DNA of 64,000 nt, taken from Eledone cirrhosa (lineage: Eukaryota). Shown one piece after another: positions 54,920-64,000 of this stretch (the stretch's first letter is position 1; each line of letters opens with the position of its first letter). The translations under genes were made by a program, and so were the position numbers. The notes beneath the pieces are model-generated. The model was not told where the DNA came from. It saw only the letters and a list, made by a program, of their open reading frames with translations, and searched no databases. Where the stretch lies: contig OZ024741.1 in assembly GCA_964016885.1 (NCBI GenBank), forward strand, positions 339,388,001-339,452,000. Direction: 5' to 3'.

Positions 54920-54964
54920 AAATAAAGGATTATGAGTTCATGCAATTGACTTATGTTTCGTCAC

Positions 54965-55001
<37 letters not shown>

Positions 55002-55257
55002 CTGGAAAAAATGAAATTTCATTTCTCACTCTTAGTACGGCTGTATGTATACGTACATACATATATGTATGTATACAGACGTACAGTAGTATGTATATAC
55101 ATACATACATGCACACATGCACACATATATAGATGTACGTATGGGTTTACCGAACATTTATTATAATGTTCGGTTTGTTTGTAAACAAACATCCCCAATT
55201 AAGCCGTACAGTGTTCGGCAACCATCGTTGCCCTTTTGTTCAACACTGACAAAGAAA

Positions 55258-55298
55258 CGATGGACTAGTTTCTAACTTATTAGCTGTCATCAGCATCG
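55258..55298 (-). ncRNA. Minimal type I hammerhead ribozyme motif
   Basis: CGATG-CTGATGA-cAGCT aata AGTTa-GAAA-CTAG-TC-CATCG; GUC triplet, palindromic stem III ACTAGT. Confidence 0.68.
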
Positions 55299-55513
55299 TA
55301 TACCTTCTTGTCAGTCGATTGAACGTTTGAAAGTATATACTTTTCTTATGCATATTAACGACTGAGCAGCCTAATTTGCATATCGTGTGAGTTAGTCGGC
55401 CAGGCGTACCGAAAACAATAAATGGAAAAAATTAAATTTAATTTCTCACTCTTAGTACGGCTGATACTTAAATATAACTATGTATACGTACATATATGTA
55501 TACAGACGTATAC

Positions 55514-57202
55514 ATCATCATCATCATCATCATATATACATCATCATCATCATCATTTTACATCCGCTTTTCCCTGCTTGCAAGGGTGGGACGGGTCTTA
55601 TTCAGTACAGCATCTCTCCACTTGTCACGTTCCTTCGTCATCTCCACCGTGAGCGCCAGCGATCTGAGGTCTGTTCTCACCACCTCCGCCCATGTTTTTC
55701 ATGATCTACCTCTACCACGCCTTCCTTCAACCGGCATTTCCTGGCACTTCTTCACCCATTGGTCATCCTCCATGCGCATCACATGTCCATACCACCTCAG
55801 TCTCCTCTCTCGCACACTACATTCTATCCCTCTCAGACACAGTTTCTCTTTCAACACATTCATGCTTGGTCGTTCACGCACATTGACATTGCACATCCAA
55901 TGGAGCATGGTTGCCTCATTTCTCTCCAGCCGTCGCATATCCTCTGCAGTTGCTGCTCATGTCTCACCAGCATGCAGCATTGCGCTCCTCACACAGGCAT
56001 CATTGAACCGGCCTTTCATACGCAGGGAGAAACCCTTCTTCGTCAGCAGAGGAAGCAGCTCCCTAAACTTCTTCCAACCCGTCCTTATTCTAGATACTAT
56101 GGCCTCTGAACACCCGCCTCCCATGCTAATCTGATCTCCTAGGTACCGGAAGCTATCCACCACTTCTATAGCACCCGCCTGCATTTGAAAAATGTGTCTA
56201 TCAATGCGACATCTACTGTCTAATTTCCCTGTACATCTACTGCATACGTATTTCTCCCTACCTGTTAGTTTGCCTGCTATCCCACTACATCTCTTGTGTA
56301 CTCAGGATCTGCATTGTGTGCATTTTATAGAATTTATGCCAGTTCCTTTTCTGCATATCGAACATGGCCATTTCCCTGACGGAATCAGAGTTTTGTTCTC
56401 TTTTCTACTCATCAACACTTTTGTCTTAGTTAGGTTCACTCTTGCTTCCAACTGTTGTTTCCATAGCCAGAATGTATTCTCTAGCCCCTCTACTGATTGT
56501 GCTATAAGAACCAGATCGTCAGCATAGAGAAGTTCCCATGGCCAGCCAGTCTTAAACTCCTCTGTTATGGCTTGAAGGACTATAATGAACAAGAGTGGGC
56601 TGAGGACCGAACCTTGATGTACTCCTACTTGTATCTGGAATTCCTCACTAAACTCCATTCCTACCCTGACTTTACTGACAGCACCTCTGTAAAAAGTTTG
56701 CACTGTCCTCACAAGTCATTCCTCAACACCTTGTTTCCTTAGGGACTACCAGATGACAGATCGGGGTACCCTATTAAAGGCCTTCTCTAGGTCAACAAAG
56801 GCTAAGTATATTGGCTTATTCTTCTCTAAGAACCTCTCTTGTAATTGTCTCACCAAGAAGAGGGCATCTGTTGTACTTTTCCCAGGCACAAAACCAAACT
56901 GCATCTCATCTAGTTTGACCTTTTCTCTAAATAGTTGTGCTAATATCCTTTCTGCCACTTTCATCACCTGATTCATCAGTTTTATACCCCTATAATTGCT
57001 CCTCTCCAGAGCATCCCCTTTACCTTTGTAGCAATTTATGAGAATACTGCTGCACCAGTCTTTGGGTATGACGCCACCATATATAGCCAGATTGATGATG
57101 CGTGCAACCAGTTTAGTGCCTACATCCCCTGATGCCTTCAGCATCTCAGCAACTATCCCCAACGGTCCAGCAGCTTTACCATTATTTTTCATTTCCTTAA
57201 TA
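55514..57202 (-). mobile_element. 5'-truncated, decayed RTE subfamily B copy
   Basis: FVDLEKAFNRV, QGSVLSP, LLYADD, WPCSIC..C..C, RRLRWYGHV in shifted frames; B-type tail + (gat)n. Confidence 0.92.
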
Positions 57203-57215
57203 TACGTATATATAT

Positions 57216-57324
<109 letters not shown>

Positions 57325-57328
57325 CATA

Positions 57329-58476
57329 CTAGCCGAATTACCCGTGCCTTGCTGGATTTCATACATTTTTTTTGTAAGAAAATGATGATTGATTTTAAAT
57401 CAGTGATATAATTTATGGAGAAAAACTCTGCATTTCAATATTACTCAATGTAAAATGTAATGCATGAAAAATTAGAAAACATTTTTTGTAATATATCAAA
57501 TCAAAATTACATTATTAAATCTTATTCTTATTTTGTTTCTTGTATATAATTTTCAAAATATCAATTCAAAACTTTTGTGAATAGGCATCATATCTTGTCA
57601 TTTACCTATGGTTTAAATTTCATAGTGAAGGCGTGTGGTTGATTGGTTCAAGGACTAGATTCACAATCGTGAGGTTGTCAGTTCGATTCCTGGACCGGGC
57701 GATGCATTATACCCTTGAGCAAGATATTTTATTTCGCGTTGCTCCTTCTACCTGGAGTTGTGACCGATAGTTAGTATTAACAAATGGAAAGACCAACGAA
57801 AACATTTTCCTCGGTTCGATTTGACGAAAGTTGATCGACAAATTTTCTTTTTTACCTATGGTTTAAATTTCATATAAATCGAAGGGAAAAAATTTTCAGC
57901 GGGGGTTTGTGCCTCAGGGGAACCCCCATTAGGGTGTCTTAATATTATTGAAATTTGCTGAAATTTTGTGAAGAGGCATCATATCTTGTCATTTACCTAT
58001 GGTTTAAATTTCATATACATCTAAGGGAAAACATTTTCAGTGGGGGTTTTGTGCCCTCGGGGAACCCTTTGATTAAAATGAAATATACTTATCCAAGTAC
58101 CCTGGGCAATGTAGTTTCAGAATATATATGGTTATGGGGGTCTATCTCCAAAACCATAGGAGAAGTTCGTGAAATCTTGTTCCATTTATTTTCACTATGG
58201 GAGGTTTAACCCCCATTAGGGTGTCTTAATATTATTGAAATTTGCTGAAATTTTGTGAATAGGCATCATATTTTGTCATTTACCTATGGTTTAAATTTCA
58301 TATAAATCGAAGAGAAAAGATTTTCAGTGGGGGGTTTTCAGCAGGGGTTTGTGCTCCCGGGAACCCTTTGATTAAAATGAAATATACTTATCCAAGTACC
58401 CTGGGTAATGTAGTTTCAGAATAGGAGTAGTTCGTGAACAAATAAACAAACAGGAATACAACTTCATATATATAGA
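57329..58476 (-). mobile_element. Non-autonomous Helitron-like element with internal duplications and a nested SINE head (about 57625-57745)
   Basis: Minus starts A|TCtatatatatgaag and ends in a degenerate hairpin + CTAG|T; tttacctatggtttaaatttcata occurs 4 times. Confidence 0.7.
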
Positions 58477-59202
58477 TATATATACAAACATAAAATATAC
58501 ACACATACACAAACATATGGATAAGGTGTTCTTACTTATACAAATAAATAATGGTATGAACATAAAATATACTTAGCTACCGCATCATGACATAAATTAT
58601 CTGCGTATTGTCCATACTATCCGTTAGGATAGTATGTAGGGCTGTAATACAGGAAGGTTTTATGCAATTTGTGTTTTCAAGCCGAAATTGCCTCGGATTC
58701 AGGAAGGGTATCTAACTGGAGAATATATATGTTTGCACACAAGTTTGTGTGTGTCAGTCTTCATGTATGTTTTCATGACACCATTTAAGCAAATGGTGCC
58801 ATTAGTTTATGTTCTGCAGATTAGCTGTTTTGGCAAATATCACAAGAACAATTACTTTACTTTAAGGCAGGTTGGCATCAGGAAGTGCATCTGACAGTAG
58901 AATACTTCCCCGAGAAAGATTTGTCCAACCTATGTTAGCAGAGAAACATAGGCAGCGTGGATAACCACACTGTCCTTGTTTCGACACTGTTGCGTGTCAC
59001 CTCCTTAGTAACCACACTTTCTTGTGCCAACCCGGCACTGTGTATATATATTCCATTTACCCTCCTTCATTACACTATCCCTTGTATTTTCTTCTTTTCT
59101 TATTGACATTTTATCTCCTGTTTTCCTGCCAACAACCATCCCCTCTATCCCTATCTTTACCTGGGGAATCAAAACAAAACTCTGACTTCTGCAGTATTCT
59201 AG

Positions 59203-62200
59203 TTAGTAACCACACTTCCTCGTTCCAACCTTACACTGTGTCACTTCCTTAGTAACCACACTTCCTCGTTCCAACCTTACACTGTGTCTCTTCCTTAGTA
59301 ACCACACTTCCTCGTTCCAACCTTACACTGTGTCACTTCCTTAGTAACCACACTTCCTCGTTCCAACCTTACACTGTGTCACTTCCTTAGTAACCACACT
59401 TCCTCATTCCAACCTTACACTGTGTCTCTTCCTTAGTAACCACACTTCCTCGTTCCAACCTTACACTGTGTCACTTCCTTAGTAACCACACTTCCTCGTT
59501 CCAACCTTACACTGTGTCACTTCCTTAGTAACCACACTTCCTCGTTCCAACCTTACACTGTGTCACTTCCTTAGTAACCACACTTCCTCGTTCCAACCTT
59601 ACACTGTGTCACTTCCTTAGTAACCACACTTCCTCGTTCCAACCTTACACTGTGTCACTTCCTTAGTAACCACACTTCCTCATTCCAACCTTACACTGTG
59701 CCACTTCCTTAGTAACCACACTTCCTCGTTCCAACCTTACACTGTGTCACTTCCTTAGTAACCACACTGCCTCGTTCCAACCTTACACTGTGCCACTTCC
59801 TAAGTAACCACACTTCCTCGTTGCAACCTTACACTGTGCCACTTCCTTAGTAAACACACTTCCTCGTTCCAACCTTACACTGTGCCACTTCCTTAGTAAC
59901 CACACTTCCTCGTTCCAACCTTACACTGTGCCACTTCCTTAGTAACCACCCTTCCTCGTTCCAACCTTACACTGTGTCACTTCCTTAGTAACCACACTTC
60001 CTCGTTCCAACCTTACACTGTGTCACTTCCTTAGTAACCACACGTCCTCGTTCCAACCTTACACTGTGCCACTTCCTTAGTAACCACACTTCCTCGTTCC
60101 AACCTTACACTGTGTCACTTCCTTAGTAACCACACTTCCTCGTTCCAACCTTACACTGTGTCACTTCCTTAGTAACCACACTTCCTCGTTCCAACCTTAC
60201 ACTGTGTCACTTCCTTAGTAACCACACTTCCTCATTCCAACCTTACACTGTGTCACTTCCTTAGTAACCACACTTCCTCCTTCCAACCTTACACTGTGTC
60301 ACTTCCTTACTAACCACACTTTCTCATTCCAACCTTATACTGTGTCACTTCCTTAGTAACCACACTTCCTTGTTCCAACCTTACACTGTGCCACTTCCTT
60401 AGTAACCACACTTCCTTGTTGCAACCTTACACTCTGTCATTTCCTTAGTAACCACACTTCCTCAATGCAACCTTACACTGTGTCACTTCCTTAGTAACCA
60501 CACTTCCTCATTCCAACCTTACACTCTGCCACTTCCTTAGTAACCACACTTCCTTGTTTCAACCTTACACTGTGTCTCTTCCTTAGTAACCACACTTCCT
60601 CATTCCAACCTTACACTCTGCCACTTCCTTAGTAACCACACTTCCTCGTTCCAACCTTACACTGTGCCACTTCCTTAGTAACCACACTTCCTCGTTCCAA
60701 CTTTACATTGTGTCACTTCCTTAGTAACCACACTTCCTCGTTCCAACCTTACATTGTGTCACTTCCTTAGTAACCACACTTCCTCGTTCCAAACTTACAC
60801 TGTGCCACTTCTTTAGTAACCACACTTCCTCATTCCAACCTTACACTGTGTCACTTCCTTAGTAACGACACTTCGTCATTCCAACCTTACACTGTGTCAC
60901 TTCCTTAGTAACCACACTTCCTCGTTCCAACCTTACATTGTGTCACTTCCTTAGTAACCACACTTCCTCATTCCAACCTTACACTGTGTCACTTCCTTAG
61001 TAACCACACTTCCTCATTCCAACCTTACACTGTGCCACTTCCTTAGTAACCACACTTCCTCGTTTCAACCTTACACTGTGTCACTTCCTTAGTAACCACA
61101 CTTCCTCGTTCCAACCTTACACTGTGCCACTTCCTTAGTAACCACACTTCCTCATTCCAACCTTACACTCTGCCACTTCCTTAGTAACCACACTTCCTCA
61201 TTCCAACCTTACACTGTGTCACTTCCTTAGTAACCACACTTCCTCGTTCCAACCTTACACTGTGTCACTTCCTTAGTAACCACACTTCCTCGTTCCAACC
61301 TTACACTGTGTCACTTCCTTAGTAACCACACTTCCTCGTTCCAACCTTACACTGTGCCACTTCCTTAGTAACCGCACTTGCTAGTTCCAACCTTACACTG
61401 TGCCACTTCCTTAGTAACCACACTTCCTCGTTCCAACCTTACACTGTGCCACTTCCTTAGTAACCACACTTCCTCGTTCCAACCTTACACTGTGTCACTT
61501 CCTTAGTAACCACACTTCCTCGTTCCAACCTTACACTGTGCCACTTCCTTAGTAACCACACTTCCTCGTTCCAACCTTACACTGTGCCACTTCCTTAGTA
61601 ACCGCACTTGCTAGTTCCAACCTTACACTGTGCCACTTCCTTAGTAACCACACTTCCTCGTTCCAACCTTACACTGTGTCACTTCCTTAGTAACCACACT
61701 TCCTCGTTTCAACCTTACACTGTGTCACTTCCTTAGTAACCACACTTCCTCGTTCCAACCTTACATTGTGTCACTTCCTTAGTAACCACACTTCCTCATT
61801 CCAACCTTACACTGTGTCACTTCCTTAGCAACCACACTTCCTCATTCCAACCTTACACTGTGCCACTTCCTAAGTAACCACACTTCCTCGTTTCAACCTT
61901 ACACTGTGTCACTTCCTTAGTAACCACACTTCCTCGTTCCAACCTTACACTGTGCCACTTCCTTAGTAACCACACTTCCTCGTTCCAACCTTACACTCTG
62001 CCACTTCCTTAGTAACCACACTTCCTAGTTCCAACCTTACACTGTGTCACTTCCTTAGTAACCACACTTCCTCGTTCCAACCTTACACTGTGCCACTTCC
62101 TTAGTAACCGCACTTGCTAGTTCCAACCTTACACTGTGCCACTTCCTTAGTAACCACACTTCCTCGTTGCAACCTTACACTGTGCCACTTCCTTAGTAAC

Positions 62201-62470
62201 CACACTTCCCCATTCCAACCTTACACTGTGCCACTTCCTTAGTAACCACACTTCCCCATTCCAACCTTACACTGTGCCACTTCCTTAGTAACCACACTTC
62301 CCCATTCCAACCTTACACTGTGCCACTTCCTTAGTAACCACACTTCCCATTCCAACCTTACACTGTGCCACTTCCTTAGTAACCATACTTCCTCATTCCA
62401 GCCTTACACTGTGCCACTTCCTTAGTAACCACACTTCCTTGTTTCAATCCTGTTATGTGGCACTTTCTTA
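59203..62470. repeat. 46-bp minisatellite, about 71 copies
   Basis: Unit ttagtaaccacacttcctcgttccaaccttacactgtgtcacttcc; period 46 checked; diverged units at 58962-59041. Confidence 0.97.
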
Positions 62471-62654
62471 GGCAAGTGTCACCTACAATAGCTTTTACAT
62501 TGAGCAATGCCTTGTGAGTGGAATTTATTCAATGGAAACTGTAGAAGCTAATGATATATAGATAGACATGTCTGAGTGTGTTTATGTTTATATCTTGTAA
62601 CTTAGCAGTTTGTAAATAGATAGATACTGTAGCATACATCTAATGAAGCCTTCT

Positions 62655-63212
62655 GCCCACACTGTAAAGTGATCATGACGGCAACGTGGCAAAAAGCACC
62701 CAGCCCACACTGTAAAGTGGTCATGTAGGTTTCACAACAAAAAACACCCACCCCACACTGTAAAGTGGTCATGTAGGTTTCACAACAAAAAACACCCACC
62801 CCACACTGTAAAGAGTTCATATAGGTGTTACAACAAAAAACACCCAGCACACACTGTTAAGTGGTTGTGTAGGTGTTACAACAAAAAGCACCCAGCCCAC
62901 ACTGTAAAGAGGTCATGTAGATGTCACAACAAAAAACACCCAGTCCACACTGTAAAGTGGTCATGTAGGTGTTACAACAAAAAGCACCCAGCACACACTG
63001 TTAAGTGGTTGTGTAGGTGTTACAACAAAAAGCACCCAGCACACACTGTAAATGTGGTTGGCGTTAAAAATGGCATCCAGCTGTAGAAACCAAGTCAGAA
63101 ACAGTTCTGTGTGAGCAAAAGACAGTCACCTAACCCATCTTGCCCTAAAAGGGACAACCCGTCTAACCCATGCTAGCATGGAAAAATGGATGTTAAATGA
63201 CAGTGTGATGAT
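62655..63212 (+). mobile_element. SINE/RTE-tail element with about 8 tandem 48-bp units
   Basis: Same unit and tail as 6255 and 21940. Confidence 0.82.
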
Positions 63213-63396
63213 GGTATAGATGTGTGTGCCTGTGGCTGTTTATTTCTCGTAACTTAACAGTTTGCCAAAAAGAAAAACACCAATGAAATAAGTATTGGAG
63301 GTCAATATGATAGACTATATCAAAGCGGTGCCCCAGCATGGTCGCAGTATACTGATTGTAAAAGAATAAAGGTGGTGATGATGATGATGATAATAA

Positions 63397-63422
<26 letters not shown>

Positions 63423-63427
<5 letters not shown>

Positions 63428-63606
63428 TGTTTCTACTTTTTGGCACAAGGCCAGCAATTACCCAGTGTATTACTGGTACTTTATTTTATCGACCCCGTAA
63501 GGATGAAAGGCAAAGTTAACCTCGGTGGGATTTGAACTCAGAACGTAAAGGGCCATAACTCTATGCTGCAAAGCATGGTGTCTGATGCTCTACCGATACT
63601 GCCAAC
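63423..63606 (-). mobile_element. ~190-bp tRNA SINE inside a (GAT)n tract
   Basis: Family motifs. Confidence 0.88.
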
Positions 63607-63910
63607 CCGGTGATGATGATGACAATAATGATGGTGATGATTATGATGATGACTAAATCTTATCTGGCAGGAATGGAGTTAAAATCAATGTGAATGAAAT
63701 TCCAAAGTTGGAACTAATAACTGGCATAAATGTGTGGAAGAGCAGTAGACAGAACAATTCTCCAGACTTAACATTGCTGCCATTTTCTTTATCACTAGAA
63801 TGTTTAACTAACAACTAACCATGATATCTTAAACATTTCCTACTTAAATATCTTTTTTATGTACACCATGGAGACTGATAAAATATTATTACTTTCTCTA
63901 CAATGGCACC

Positions 63911-63923
63911 TCTCTCTCTCTCA

Positions 63924-64000
<77 letters not shown>
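63911..64000. repeat. (CT)n microsatellite
   Basis: Visible. Confidence 0.95.

Noticed and set aside
59203-62470. CRISPR-like regular repeats (also 2550-3483, 3630-6089 and the 48-bp arrays)
   Set aside because: No unique spacers, no cas genes, eukaryotic context; these are simple tandem minisatellites

Overview
AT-rich, microsatellite-saturated eukaryotic non-coding DNA; the repeat landscape suggests an octopus-like cephalopod (inference). No host gene is established, only a weak minus-strand exon candidate near 51 kb. Most ORF-track entries are translations of (TA)n, (CA)n, (GAT)n or (CAA)n. Supported content: one near full-length RTE-clade LINE (APE + RT + C4HC3 finger, 3 in-frame stops) and several truncated RTE copies; CR1-like and RLE-type (HERO-like) LINE 3' fragments; many tRNA-headed SINEs; non-autonomous Helitrons, including a head-to-tail trimer; TTAA- and TA-flanked MITEs; and large minisatellites (41, 46, 48 and 56 bp). 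Two observations stand out. First, several small, often palindromic elements in (TA)n tracts carry minimal type I hammerhead ribozyme motifs (Penelope-like/retrozyme-like), with compensatory stem changes between copies. Second, minisatellites appear to have arisen repeatedly from inside SINEs.
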